Assembly (NCBI GenBank): GCA_977017575.1
Contig: CDRNVI010000168.1
Coordinates: forward strand, 64,099 to 128,098
Origin: Paramoeba atlantica
Lineage: Eukaryota; Protista; Discosea
Direction of reading: 5' to 3'
Length of the DNA stretch: 64,000 nt
The position numbers and the translations under genes are program-made. The notes below the pieces were generated by a model. The model was not told the DNA's origin, searched no databases, and worked only from the letters and a program-made list of their open reading frames with translations. This document shows, piece by piece, positions 24,387 through 37,131 of this stretch (its first letter is position 1; each line of letters begins with the position of its first letter).

Positions 24387-25632
24387 TCATTTTTCCTCTT
24401 CAACATCTTCTCTTCTCCTTTTACGAGGAGAATTCTGGTCTGATTCTTCTCGATTTCTCTTTCGATCCTCTTTTTGATCTTCTGCTTTTTCTTCTTCTTT
24501 TTCTTCTTCTTTTCCTTCTTCTATTCCTTCTTCTTTTCCTTCTTCCTTGGGAGCTTCCCCTTCATTTTCTTCTTCTTCATCCTCAGAAGCAGCATCGTCT
24601 TGTTCTCCCAACATTCCCTCACATTTTTCTTTGAGCCTCTGGTAAACCCCTGAAAGAAAAGAAATCAGAGAACAATTCAAAAAAAAAAGCGAGAAAGAAA
24701 AGAAGAAAGAGAGGAAGGAAAGAGAGGAAGGAAAGAAGAGAAAAAAAAAGAAAAACCTTGCTCATTCATCTGTTTCACAATGTCAGCAATCTCTTCCTCC
24801 GTTGGATGACGACCAGTTCTCTCGAGAAAAGTGTCGAGAACACCTAACATAATAACATCTTCAATTGAATCCAATTCATCTTCATCATCACTTAGGAATT
24901 CAACTTCATCGTCCTCTTCGTCATCTTCGTCATCTTCTTCTTCTTCTTCTTTTTCGTCTCCTTCCTCGTCTTCTTCTTCCTCTTCTTCCTCTTCAGCAGC
25001 AAGATGTTTGTATTTATCAGGGTTTTCTTTGACATCTATAGAGGGAACAACACAAAAATTAAGAATGAAGAAAGAGAGAGAATTACAGAAACAAAGTTGG
25101 GAGAAAAAAGAAGAGAAAAAAGAATACCTTTCGCAAAAGCTTCATATTCTCCTTGAGTAAAATTTGTGGGGGTAGCAGACTCATCCATTCGAACCAACAA
25201 AATCTTCCCTTTCACATCGGCAGAGTCAAAAGGGAAAGGTAACTTGTGTGGGTTTTCTTTAGCTCCCTCTGCGGGCTTATCTGCAACCATGACCACAACT
25301 TGAAGGTCTGTCCATTGCCCAAGAAAAGTGACGCGACCACCAATGAGTTTCTTAGGTGTTTCTTCCTTTGGTGTCATGTCCACCTACATGAAGAGGTCAA
25401 AAAGGAATCAGGAGAAGAAGAAGGTTTTCAAAAAAAAAACAACAGTATTTTTTGGATGAATCACAAAATGAACATGACAAACAAAAAAATAACAAGATAC
25501 CTCGATTTCCTCCGCAACCCCTTCATCATTAATCAATACACAAGAACAAATAGGACCTTTACCATCTAACATAGAAGACCATTGAGCCACCAGACTCGCA
25601 GCAACTTCAGGTTCAACCTTCTCGTTAGTCAT
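24387..25632 (-). CDS. Acidic protein with a compact N-terminal domain, 4 exons
   Basis: Exons join in frame: DMTPKEE..GGRVTFLGQW..NPHKLPFPF..VKGKILLVRMD..FTQGEY, then a D/E tract, a small helical domain and a C-terminal PRKRRR NLS-like motif. Confidence 0.7.
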
Positions 25633-26008
25633 TCTCTTCTCTTGTTTCTTTCTTTTTTGGGTTCAAAAAATAAACGGAATTTTTCGAAAAACCAAAAAAG
25701 CAAACGGACTTTTTTTAAAAGTATGGTCTTTTGCACTTTAAATTTAAATAGGAGTCGGGATCAACTTCAACGTCCCAAAAATGGACTCGGGGGCGACTCG
25801 CTCTCCCACAAATCAGAAAAAGGGGCCAGAACCCCCCAACAGAACCCACAACAACACTGTCACACCCAACCCCTTTGATAAATTTCTCTGAAAAGGAAAG
25901 GTAATTTATTTGAAAATCTACAACAATCCGAATTCAACACAACCACGGAAAAGAACAAACACCAACCAAAACTTCCACCCACCCCCTTCACTCCTCTCAC
26001 ACTCCTTC

Positions 26009-27382
26009 TCAGCACCTCGTCTCTTTTGCTAAATACAATGTCTTTTGTAACCCTTCGTCCATCGTGTAAGCAGGTGAATACCCAAGTACCCGAGTTGCTT
26101 TATCAGAATTCATAACATATGACAAACTTGCAGTCTTAATAGTGGCCGGGGTTACAATCTCCGCATTTCCAAGAGACCATCTCCCACCAGTTTTATAACG
26201 GATCCATTGTAACCATTCTACTGCGTACGCGGTTGGTTTAATCAAATACAAAGGTAAAATTCTATAATCCATCGTTGGATCAAAATGGGTCAAAGAAGAA
26301 TTAAATTCCCAATTCGCAATTGGTTCGTTATTACTGATATGAAAGATTTCACCCCCAACTTGATCCGCAGTCTCGGGATTGCGAAGTTTCTCATCTGCCA
26401 TCAAATGACCCAACGCAACATTTTCAACATAAACGAAATCAATCACCGCAGAAGGAAAAACAACACTCGCAATTTTGGAGTCGATACTCATCTGAGTGGC
26501 AATTCGATCTCGATGACCAAACACTCCACTACAGGGGCGAATTGCTGTGGTTCGAAGAAGTCCATTGATTTTATCCGAACTAATAACTGCTTTTTCCGCT
26601 AAGACTTTCGTTGGAGCATAATGGTTAAAAAATTCGGTCAGGTAAGGGGTTTCCTCAGTAAGCTTTGTTTCCGCAGTGGTGTTTGGACCGACAATCACGT
26701 TTGAGGTTGATGTTTGGATAAGCCGTTTGATTCCAAACTCTACGCAAACATCCAACACATTTTGAGTCCCAACAACGTTTACTTTATGAGACAAAGGGTA
26801 TTGAAATGGCATTCGCTGGTTGTACGAAATCAAGGCCATGGTCAAAAAAACAGCATCCACTGGTCGGACATCCTCTGTTTGATCCTCAGTTCGTCTTCCT
26901 TCTCCCAACGCTGCTTCTAACTGTTTAACCGAAGTAACATCAGTTTTCCGAAAAGAAACGCTGTCTTCCCCATAGTCTTCTTTCCAACGTCTCAAATCAA
27001 GATCAGGAGAAACAATATCCAACAATAAGATCTCTCGTTCGCCCCGTTGCAGCAACAACTCCACAACCCAACGACCTACATTACCAACTCCAATTACAGC
27101 ATACCGTTCTCCATTTCGAGGAGGAAGAAGGCTATTCATCTTCTTTTGTCCCTTGTGCCAATCAACACCAGGAGGTGGAACCCTTCGAAGATTCCCTGAT
27201 TGATCACGTCTAACCGTTCCCCCGTGAGCTGAGCGCGTTGGAACGGGTCTTCTTGAAGCAAAGAAAAGGTGCAAATAAACGCTCACAAAAAGAACAAAGA
27301 TTCCAAAAAAGATTCCAATCATAACACTCGGGATTCCTTCAAATTCCGCCATCGCCGCTTCCATAACGCTTGGTTCATCCAT
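26009..27382 (-). CDS. 3-beta-hydroxysteroid dehydrogenase/NSDHL-like extended SDR, intronless
   Basis: TM anchor, GVGNVG Rossmann motif, YxxxK (YAPTK), NVVGTQNVLDVC, AIRPCSGVFG. Confidence 0.85.
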   Translation of the reverse strand: MDEPSVMEAAMAEFEGIPSVMIGIFFGIFVLFVSVYLHLFFASRRPVPTRSAHGGTVRRDQSGNLRRVPPPGVDWHKGQKKMNSLLPPRNGERYAVIGVGNVGRWVVELLLQRGEREILLLDIVSPDLDLRRWKEDYGEDSVSFRKTDVTSVKQLEAALGEGRRTEDQTEDVRPVDAVFLTMALISYNQRMPFQYPLSHKVNVVGTQNVLDVCVEFGIKRLIQTSTSNVIVGPNTTAETKLTEETPYLTEFFNHYAPTKVLAEKAVISSDKINGLLRTTAIRPCSGVFGHRDRIATQMSIDSKIASVVFPSAVIDFVYVENVALGHLMADEKLRNPETADQVGGEIFHISNNEPIANWEFNSSLTHFDPTMDYRILPLYLIKPTAYAVEWLQWIRYKTGGRWSLGNAEIVTPATIKTASLSYVMNSDKATRVLGYSPAYTMDEGLQKTLYLAKETRC

Positions 27383-27759
27383 GGAGTTCCAAAAATTGAA
27401 AAAAAATGAAAAAGTAATTTCTGAAAAATGATGCGCACGTTTCAAAAACAAAAATAACGAAAAAAACAAAAAATTGTTTCCAAACCTTCTCTAAAATGAC
27501 CCCGCACAAAAAAAAACAGAAAAGGGTGGAATTACAAAAATTTGTTCCCCGAAAAAAAGAAAAAGGGGTTCAAAAGATTCATTTTCACCGAAAACCGGTT
27601 TTTCTCTAACCCGATTTTCTTGTGTTTTTTTGAGTTTGAATCGAAAATGTCTCGTTTTTGTGGAATTCGAGCTGGAGATTTCGCTGACCGGAATTCTTAC
27701 ATTGTAAAAAGGGAGAGAGAAACGTGTTTCCCTTACGTCTTCCAACGACGTTTCTTTCT

Positions 27760-29883
27760 TCATAACTCCCGATGAAAGGATTTTTGAGGTTTCCTTTCAA
27801 AAACAGAATCCATCATCAATTCATCTGATGGAGTTTCGGAAATGTACGCATCAACAGGAGGGATAAAATCCTTCTTTCGGGAGACTAAATTTTTTTTTTT
27901 AATTTCAAAATAAAAATCCAAGAAATTTTGGGACAACTTAAAACAAAAAACAAAAATCAACCTCGAGGTGAAAGATCCATCAAAGTGAAATCAATGTTCA
28001 AGGGACCCCCAAAAACATCGTTTGCGACAGTAAGTTCTGGCTGGTTTTGTTGAAAAAGAGAAAGAACTCAATTCAGTTATTTGGAAGATTTTTTTTTGAA
28101 GTTAAAAAAAAAAGGGTCAGCCAAAGAATGAATAACCTCATCAGCAATTAAAAGAGCAGAAAGGTCAGTAGTTTCCCCTCTCTGAACCCGAAGAGAATTC
28201 ACAACCGAGAAAAAAATCAGACAATATGGCTTTTCTTGTTTCATAACAATCATCTAAAAAACAAAATAAATATTTAACACACTCTATCCATGAGAAGAAA
28301 AAAAAAGAGAAACATAGTCAAATTACCTCTTCGAGATAAGGAGTGATATCATCAAGGATATCATCTGGTGTGAAGGTTTCAAGTGTTGCCCAGTATGTCA
28401 AACAAGGTACCTCATCACTAAAAACAAACACATACTCCTTTGCATCAAGTTCAAGAACCTGACGAGTTGAATATCCGGAAATGTTCGATTTTGCTGCTCC
28501 CATTTGATAGTAAAGGTCGTTTTGATCTTCGACTCCAGCAATTTTTGCTAACTGGTTCCCATACTTCACATCCCATTCTGTTGTTGTGGGCGAACTATTG
28601 ATTTATAGTTGGTGATTAGAACATATCCATGAAATGAGGATCAATTTTTCAAAGAATAAAATAATAATCAAAAAAAAAAGAAGAAATTCATACGAATAAC
28701 CGAGGGTATCTGATAAAATGGCAGACAACATACATTGAGCCGCTTTTGTTGATGGGATTCGTAACGAGTTCTAGAAAAAGGGGGTTAAAAACTTAATTTT
28801 TTTTTTCGGTTCTGGGAAAAAAATGATTAGGTATTCTGAATAACATGAACCACAAACCAAAAACATCTCATAGATAAGAGTTCCAGTGGATCCCCAGGGA
28901 CGAATATCAATGTGAATAACCGATTCATGAGTCACAATTGCACTTTGAATTGCGTGGTGATCAATAATTGCTGGAAGTGTGAAGCTTAAATTCTTGTTTT
29001 GGAGGAACCAAACAAAAATATAAAGAAGAAAAGACAAACCAGCAAGCTTTTCCCGAGGGATATCAAAATATGTGACCGGGGATTGAGACTGTTGATTATG
29101 ATCGACAAGCCCAACACACGAAAAATTTGCGCTGATGATAAAATGTGAATTGGATTAGTAAAAGAAATTGGAACAAGAAAATGACACACGATCTACTGTC
29201 AAAAGAGAGCAGAAAAAAAAGTACTTATCATAGGTCTCTTTAAAAAGAGGAGGGGGATTCGGAAATCCAAAATGATCAATCACAAATTGAGTCTCTCGAT
29301 TCGGCACTTCTGAGATGGAATAAGACCCACTAAAAAAAAAAAGACAGAAAATGATTTGAGATAAAATCAAAAAAAATTAAGTTCCAGTTGAATCAAAAGA
29401 AAAATGAAAAAAGAAATCGATCTCAGATACTTGAAAAGTTCAGCTGCAGAATACGAATTACAATAAGAATCAGTATCCGGACTTAAATGGCCAACCCAAA
29501 GACACCCAGGAGGATATTTGTCAGCAATCGATGCAGGGTGTTTGTGTTCCCACCAATAGAAAGATATACCAATGATAACACAAATCTAAAAAAGTCGAAT
29601 AAAAAAGAGTCCAAAAATCGAAAATTGCTCTTCTTTTTTTTTTCAAGAGAAAAGATCTACAAACCAAAATAGTAAAAAGAGTGATGGAGGTCAAAAGCAA
29701 AGCTGTATTTCTTTTTTCCCAATCATTTTCGGGACATTGTTGAAGGCAAACCTCTTCAACTCCATTTTTCACATCAGTCTCTTCTCGAGCTGCTCCATCT
29801 TCAACCACTCCTCCAGTAACAATTGGTGGAGCCCCACCTGGAACTGGTGATCTCCCAAACCACTCTCGAATCCAGCTGTACAT
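27760..29883 (-). CDS. Family II (DHH/DHHA2) Mn-dependent inorganic pyrophosphatase-like protein with N-terminal TM anchor, about 8 exons
   Basis: Exons give VGHLSPDTDS, NRETQFVIDHFG, VGLVDHNQ, IIDHH, IRPWGSTGTLI, MLSAILSDTL, SPTTT, LDAKEY and VSRKKDFIP, colinear with PpaC-type enzymes. Confidence 0.82.
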
Positions 29884-30347
29884 CAAACTCTCGTTGTTTG
29901 CTCACCAGCGAAGCGTTGTTTGTGCCAAACAAGACAACAAAAACGAAAATAAGGTAACTTTTTTTCGAACTTGAAAAAAATCAATCGAAAGATTTTCAAC
30001 AGTCGAAAAAAAAAACCATAAAAATGACCTCACTTTTGAAGAGGAAAGAAGAAAGAGGCAACAAGCATCCTCAATTTTAATTTTTTTTTCCCTGTCATTC
30101 AGAGAATACACAGTGTCACTGTTTACATTTCAAATCTCCCATTGATTTTCCTCTGAGATGGAATTGAGGTGTGATTGTCTTCTCTGTTTTTGTCTCTTTC
30201 ATCCTTTGGGGGGGAGTTTCTTTTTTCGTTTCAAGTGGTTCGACTCTTCGTGCTTCATGTTCACTCTTTTGAGAGTGGAAAAAGTCTTGACACTACACAG
30301 CATTTCGGTGGGTGAGTCAAAGACGCAGTGATAAAATACTTGATCTT

Positions 30348-30993
30348 CTAGTTCTCCTCACTTTCTGGACTTTTCCCTCTTCGGCTTGCCCCTTTGACAT
30401 TCTAAACGAAAAAAAATAACTTTTTTGAGAACAAGAAAATGGGAGATGTTGGATGGAAGAAAAAAAGGAAACCAATGCCGCTCCAATTTGATTCAAAATC
30501 TCCAGAATAATATTTTGAAAAGTCGAGTCGATTCTCGAATCAGTTTTCACAACTTGGAATCCTTTCTCCTCAGCTTCCTGTCGAAAATAAAAATTGGATT
30601 TTCAAATCAACAAAATTCAACTTATTATTTTGAACTCCAAACCAAACAGAAAAAAACCTCATTTTTTCCAACCACCAAACGAAAACCAGAAAGCAAAGGA
30701 GTAACGCGATCCCAAAACGTTTTGGGATCACTTGGATGAGAGTTGAGAACAACTCCCCAAGATTGTTCGAAGAGGTTCCTTAAATGAATTTGTTCAAGAT
30801 TTTCAATTTGGTTTGCGTGAGAAATCAGATGAAAGTGAATTTGAATAACTCGATCTTCAAAGACAACTTTCCTTCTTCGATGGTCGAGCTTATTTCCCAC
30901 TTTTGCCATACTTTCAAAACAACTATCAGCACCAATCACAACAACTTTTACAATATCTTCTGGAGTTTTCTGGTGGCTGGAAGAACCCCCCAT
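30348..30993 (-). CDS. Degenerate Ras-superfamily-like protein (no P-loop), 3 exons
   Basis: MGGSSS start; KVVVIG, RKVVFEDRVIQIHFH, SWGVVL and LVVGKN track Ras-fold strands; GT-AG introns join exons in phase 0; last exon NVKGASRR...EN*. Confidence 0.55.
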
Positions 30994-31199
30994 GTTCCTT
31001 CCACAAGTTTTTTGTTCAAAAACAAAAATAATTATCAGAAAAAGAAAAAGCGTTCAAAAAGTCCCAATACTCCCTCATTTAGATTCCTATTTCATTTTTT
31101 TGGTGAATTTTTTGGGACTTTTTCCACATTTTTATTTATTTTTTGTTTCATTTCTTTTTTGTGTTCCTCCAAAGGAGTTTCAAGCAAACAAAAAGAGGA

Positions 31200-34100
31200 A
31201 TGTCCCAACAACGCTTTCTCTTATTTTGTGTTTTGTGCTTTGTTTGTTTTGGTTCTTGTCAAGAAGAACCGCGAGCACTTTTATATGGGCGTCCTTATGG
31301 TCTCTTTCTCTTTTCTTTGTTTCTTTCAGTGTTCTTCTTTCTCATGAATTTTGTTTTCTCTTCCCAGCTCCTTCTCCCTACGTCGAATTGGCAAGGGCTC
31401 CTAAGAATCATGGGGTCGTCTTTACCATTGCTTTAAAGCAGGTTTTGAGAACAAAATCTCTCTTCTTTCAACCACAAATTGAAAGTTTCTTTCTTTCAGA
31501 GAAATTTGGATCGCCTTGAAGAAGTTTTGTTTCAAGTTTCAGATCCCAAACATGAACTTTACGGCAAGCATTGGACTCGAGAGCAGGTTTCCAAAAAGCT
31601 ATTTCTCTTTTTATCTTATTTTTTTATTCATAACAAAACAAGGTTCTTGATTTGGTTGCTCCTTTCGAAGAAGATGTCGCACCAGTTCTTCAGTGGCTTC
31701 GTGATGTGAGTCTTTTCTTTTTTCTTTTATGATTCTCAACCAGAAGAAATTTTTCCTGTGGACTTGAATAACTTTCTTGAATCAATAGACTGCTGGAAGT
31801 GAAGCTCTTAAAATTGAAAACCGTCGAGATGCGCTCAAAATTTCGACTTCTGTTGGTTCTGTTTCTTGATTTCTTGAAGTTTTCGTCCAGACTGATATTC
31901 TAATATTTTGGAACAGGAGTTGCAGAACGGTTGTTTCAAACTCGTTTAGTCTATTTTAGAGACAACTCAAAACCCAAGTCTCATGCCTTTATCAAATTTA
32001 TGGGACAATTTTCGATCCCCACCTCCGTTACTTCAGTCATTGATATGGTCACTGGTCTCACGGAATTTCCTCCAAATTCGTTTACCCCCAAAGTTGTTGT
32101 TGATGCTGAGAATGGAACCAATAGCTGCAACACTCCTTACACGTTTGTTGTCACTCTTTTTTGATATATATATTTTCTTCCCTCCTCCTATTTTCCCTAC
32201 ACAAATTAATTAGTTGTTTTCAATCACTCATCAATCTCTTCCCCCCCCCCATCATGTTTTTCTCGATCTGGTTCCTTTTTTGTTTTCTGACTAAACTCCT
32301 TTTTATTTAAGGTTGAAGAAAATTTACAATATGTCAGAGACTCTCACTATTTCCAATAATATGGCAACACAAGGTCCTTTCTCTCGTGATGCTCACCAGG
32401 TACGAGGGTTCATTTTTTTAAAAAAAATCCTTTTTTCTTTTGAAACCACCTGATATTTGACCACAAAAACTTCTTTTTTTCTTTTTCTTATTTTTTTTTT
32501 AATAGACCAAAACTATTGGTTTTGGGGAGTCCGATTTGCAAGAATGGGAAGAACTCAACAACTTACCAGTTGTTCCTGTCTCTTCTATAATTGGAGATGC
32601 AGCTTATCTCTATGGTCCTGATGACTCTTCTCTTGCTGGTGGTGAAGCTCTTCTTGATATTCAGGTATCTCTCCTCCTCCTCTCGATACTTTTTGTGGAG
32701 ATAATCTCAGATGTTAAAAATTATTCGACAATAGATGATGATGGGATTTGCACCTGGAGCAAACACTTCGTTTTGGATTATTTCTGATTGGATTTATGAG
32801 TTTGCGAATGAGATCCTCTCAACACCTGGAGGTTTTTTTTTCTTTCAATTCATTTTTGTTTTTAGGAAACTGGAATTTCTCTCCAATAATAATAATAATA
32901 ATAATCTCTCGTTCGAACAGCACCCTTGGTGAACTCAATGAGTTATGGTTATGAAGAGATCAATCAATGTGATATTACCAATTGCACTGCTCTTGGATTT
33001 CCAGACAGTATCACATACATTCAAAGGACTGATGCTGAGTTCATGTTAGTCTCTCCTTTTTATTGAGAAGACAAGAGGAAAGAGAGAATTTGTTGCGAAA
33101 GAAGTCGAAAAATTGGTAATTTTCGTTCAGGAAATGTGGTGTCTCTGGTTATACTGTCTTAGCAGCGAGTGGAGACAATGGTGTTGAGCCCAACCGAGAT
33201 TGTACACAGATGTTTCAGGTTTTTTGGATCGATCGTTTAATTTATTTATTTTTGAGAATAATTTACGAATCGTTGGGAAAAATGCTCGTCAATGAGTCTA
33301 ATACCTAAAATTTACAGGTGTATCCTGCCTCTTCATTGTATGTCACAACTGTTGGTGCTACTGCAGTGATCAAATCGTTTGGAATCTTAATTTTCATCTT
33401 CCTTTTTTTTTTTTTCTTCTGAACAAAATTCCTTTCACAGAGACTCTGATGACCCAATTGGATCTGACGCACCCCCAATTTGTGACCAAGGAAGGTTCTT
33501 GAATCAATAATTTATCAAATTAATCGATTATTTCTTTATACTAAAGGAACCAAACTAAAACAATATTTCTACAAATAGAGATTGTGAATGCTCAACCTCA
33601 CAAGTTGAAAATGGAGCAATGCACACCAACGCTGCTTTGTTTGATACAGGTATTCTATTCCCTTCAAGCTCCTCATCTTTAAAAAGAAATACCCTTTCTT
33701 TATTAAACTTTTCTTCCCTCTTTTCACACAGGTGGCGGATTTTCTCACTACAATCCTCGCCCAACTTGGCAAGATTCTGCTGTTCAGCAATATTTTAGCA
33801 GTGGTGTTGAGGTAATTTTTTTTTTGAAGATTTATTCCAGTTTTACTTTATCTTCTAAAAAACCAATCCTTTAATTTTTTCTAGTTCCCAGACCAAAAGT
33901 ATTGGAATTCAACCAACCGTGGGTATCCTGATGTCGCGGCTTGTGGTGCTGATATTGCTGTTTATCAAAAAGGCAAAATTAATAAGGTTTGTTGTCTCTC
34001 TGATCCATCTCAAAAAAAGACAAATTATGTCTCCCAATCCTCTTATTTGTTTATTTTCTCCCTTCTCCACAGTTGGCCGGAACTTCTGCATCCTGTCCAA

Positions 34101-34597
34101 TCTGGGCAGCGATTTTGAACATGTTAAATTCAGATCGCATTGACGCAGGAAAATCGCCTCTTGGCTTTGCTAATCCTTTGTTGTATTCTATGTGGCAAGA
34201 GGTAATGAAATTTTCATTCTTGTCATTGACTTTCCTTTAACAAAGATTGTTTTTTCAGAACCCAAGAACCTTTAACGATATTACTGTCGGTCATAATGGA
34301 GGGAATCATTACATTGGAATCGGGGTTTTTTGTCTTTTTTTTTTTTTTTTGGAAGTCTCTTTCAAAAGAATGATTGTTAATCACAAAATCAACAACAGGC
34401 TTGCAATAAATTCGACTTTTATGCCACAGAAGGTTGGGACGCTGTTTCAGGTCTTGGAACACCAAACTTTGGGCTGGTTTGTTATTATTCTCCTTCTCTC
34501 TCTATTTCTTTCTTTTGCAGTCGCCCCTCTTTTTTGAAGAGATGTTTTTGTTTAATCCAATCAATAGATCCGAGAATATGTTGCCAACTTATCATAA
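31200..34597 (+). CDS. Tripeptidyl-peptidase I-like sedolisin (peptidase S53), about 19 exons
   Basis: Signal peptide, pro-domain VSDPKHELYGKHWT, GEALLDIQ, ASGDNG, YPDVAA, AGTSASCP, GFANPLLY, FNDITVG, GWDAVSGLGTPNF. Confidence 0.9.
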
Positions 34598-35080
34598 GAC
34601 CGCAGAGAAAAGAAGTTTTTTCCACTTGCGAAAATGATAATAAACTACACCTCCAAACTCTACACCCTCAATTTCTCAGAACCTCCAGCTAATTTCCCCT
34701 TACTTCAGCACACCCACCCTCCTACTCCTTTTCATCCAGCCTCATCTCACGAAAGTGCGGGATGAAGCTTTTGGAGATACAAGCATCTTGCTTTCCTCTT
34801 TCCTTTGTTTTTTCTGAATAAATTAGAATTTCAAAAAAAACACAAAAAAAACACAAAAAACTCATTGTTTTTAATTTAAAGTCTTTTTTTGTTCATTATC
34901 GATTTTTTAGGGCTACAATGAATACACGAACAGACGAAAGGTACATGTCATAACACAAAAAATCAACTTTCCATCCAATCAACACAAAACAAAAAGAATA
35001 AGACCGCCGACAGGGAGGGAAAAGAGAAAAAGAAGGAGAAGACACGATCTAGGTCTATTGTCGCGCGTGCAATCCGGACC

Positions 35081-35287
35081 TTAAAACAAGGGCTTGGCAG
35101 AACGATCAACAGGGGTGTGGGTGTGGCAGTAGACCTTTCCTTCAACAGCCTTGAAGTTCTTGAGATCCAACTTGCATTGGCAATCAGCGCACTTGAAGCA
35201 CCATTTGTGGAAGAATTTACCACCAGCGGGGATCTTCTCCAAAGGATAGACGGTCTTGTTGCAGATATCACACTTGGGGTTGGCCAT
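35081..35287 (-). CDS. Single-LIM-domain protein (68 aa), LimE/LASP-type N-terminal LIM
   Basis: CxxC..YPLE..HxxCFKCxxC..LDLKNF....YCxxH. Confidence 0.88.
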   Translation of the reverse strand: MANPKCDICNKTVYPLEKIPAGGKFFHKWCFKCADCQCKLDLKNFKAVEGKVYCHTHTPVDRSAKPLF

Positions 35288-35739
35288 TATTATTGTCGAG
35301 AGAGAGAAGGGGGGTTAAAGCAATTGAACCAAAAGGAAAACCGCAAAAAAGAAAAGAAGGTGACGTCTGGGACATTCGGTAGTATGTCTTTTTGTCTTTT
35401 TTTGTTTCTGCTTTTTTCCCCTTTTTTGCCACAAAATAAAACACCTACTACAACAATGTGGGAGCGGGGGCATTCTGCAGAAAAAAAAAAGAGTAAAAAG
35501 AATCAAAAATACCCCTTCATTGGTTCCAGGAAAATTTTGCAAAACAATTTTTTCATTGGGTGTCCATTGTATCAAGGACACCTCCCGTTTTTTTTTTTTT
35601 GAAAATTAATAATTTATTATCACACCCCCTTTTTGTGTTTTTTTTCCTCTTTCTTGTTGCTCAAAAGTTTTTTTGTACAAAATTATTTTTTTGAGAACCC
35701 ACCGATCTCCTTGTTCTCCCTCCCCCTTCTCTCCCTTTC

Positions 35740-36964
35740 TTAGACTCCTTTCATTACATTTTTCATGGACTTTTTCTTTCCAACTTTGACTTGACGAGCA
35801 AGAAGATCATTTTCGGTCCACATCCAATAAGTTCGTTGAAGATCATGAATTGCCTGTTGTCGTCCGATGACATTCAAAGCTTGAAATGCAATTTTACTTC
35901 TGATTGGTCGATTTCGAATTCCAGCAACAGAAGTTGCATTTTGGACAAATTGAATCAAGAAAACTAATGGGTGAGAATCCACTTGTGAGACCAATTCGAT
36001 ATCATCATATCTGATTGCCCACTGTTGTTTGACAAATATTTTAAAATAAGAAAAAAGAGAATGTCCCTAATTTTTATAAGAAAAGAAATGAAAAAAAAAC
36101 CTTAACAATGAAATTATTGCTGGTTTCAGAGGGTGTTGTCATAAAGAGACGATTTGTCGAAAGAACAAGACACCGATAATTCAACTTTTGTTTCTGAAAA
36201 ATTGAAAAAGCTTTTAGGAAAACAACACTCAACACTCAACACAATATTCAATTCCAAAAACCTTGTCGAATTTAAAAACAAATAGGTGTCCCTGGTAAAG
36301 ATCAGGTTGTTGAATGAGGCTCCCTGAAGATCAATAAATTTTTTCATCTTTTTTTTTAAAGGAAAAAAATGTTCAAGAAAAAAAACCTTCAAATAATGCT
36401 TGCCAAAATCTTCTCATCAGAGCCTCTGAAGCAATCGAAACAAGTGTCAGTTGGTTTGCGTCAGAAGATTTCAAAAGCATTGTCTTAAATGAAGATTCTT
36501 TAATTGCTTTTTTCGCCATTTTCGCACCCTAGAGAGAGAACAAGAATAAGAAGGATAGAATTAAGTTGGGGTTAACTTGTAGGAAGAAAATGACCACAAC
36601 CTTTTTGTCAAATTCTTGATAAACCAATCGGAGACCTCCTTCCGCTTCCTTGATTTCATGTAAGTTAAATAATGGCATCACCCAAAGCTTTTTCTTCGAG
36701 TATGGATCAATCTAAAAAATTCAAGTTTCAATAAAAAAAAGGTTCCTTCTGAGGAACAAAAACAAAATGAAATCGAAAAAAAAAAGACTCTTCACCCTCC
36801 AACACAAAAATCCGAACCTTGTAAAAATGTTCAGTGGAAATGAGAAGGTAGACTGGTTTGTTACTTCCTTCTTTGACTTCTAAATGGGTAATATAAGATT
36901 CTCCTTTTGCCAATAATTCTTTTGTCTCGAGTGGTGGTTGGAGGGTTGTGGCTGCATTCGCCAT
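35740..36964 (-). CDS. Multi-exon protein with probable PH-like domains
   Basis: About 6 exons join via GT-AG; PVYLLISTEHFYK and RCLVLSTNRLF resemble PH beta-strands. Confidence 0.55.
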
Positions 36965-37131
36965 TTTTTGTTCCCTTTATTCCAAGCCCCAAACAGCCCC
37001 AAACCACAAACGAACAAAACAAAAAAGGAGTATGGATTTTAGAACTGAAATTTTATTTGTCAGTATGGACCTTGTTTTTTTCTTTCTTTTTTTTTGGTTT
37101 TTTTTTCAGTTCTTTTTCTGTTCTGAAAAAA

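Noticed and set aside
30237-30246. Pol III B-box-like GGTTCGACTC
   Set aside because: No cloverleaf or A-box in the flanks.
34731-34766. Hairpin with a GAAA tetraloop between the convergent TPP1-like and LIM genes
   Set aside because: Short stem with a bulge and no recognisable ncRNA family motifs; likely chance.
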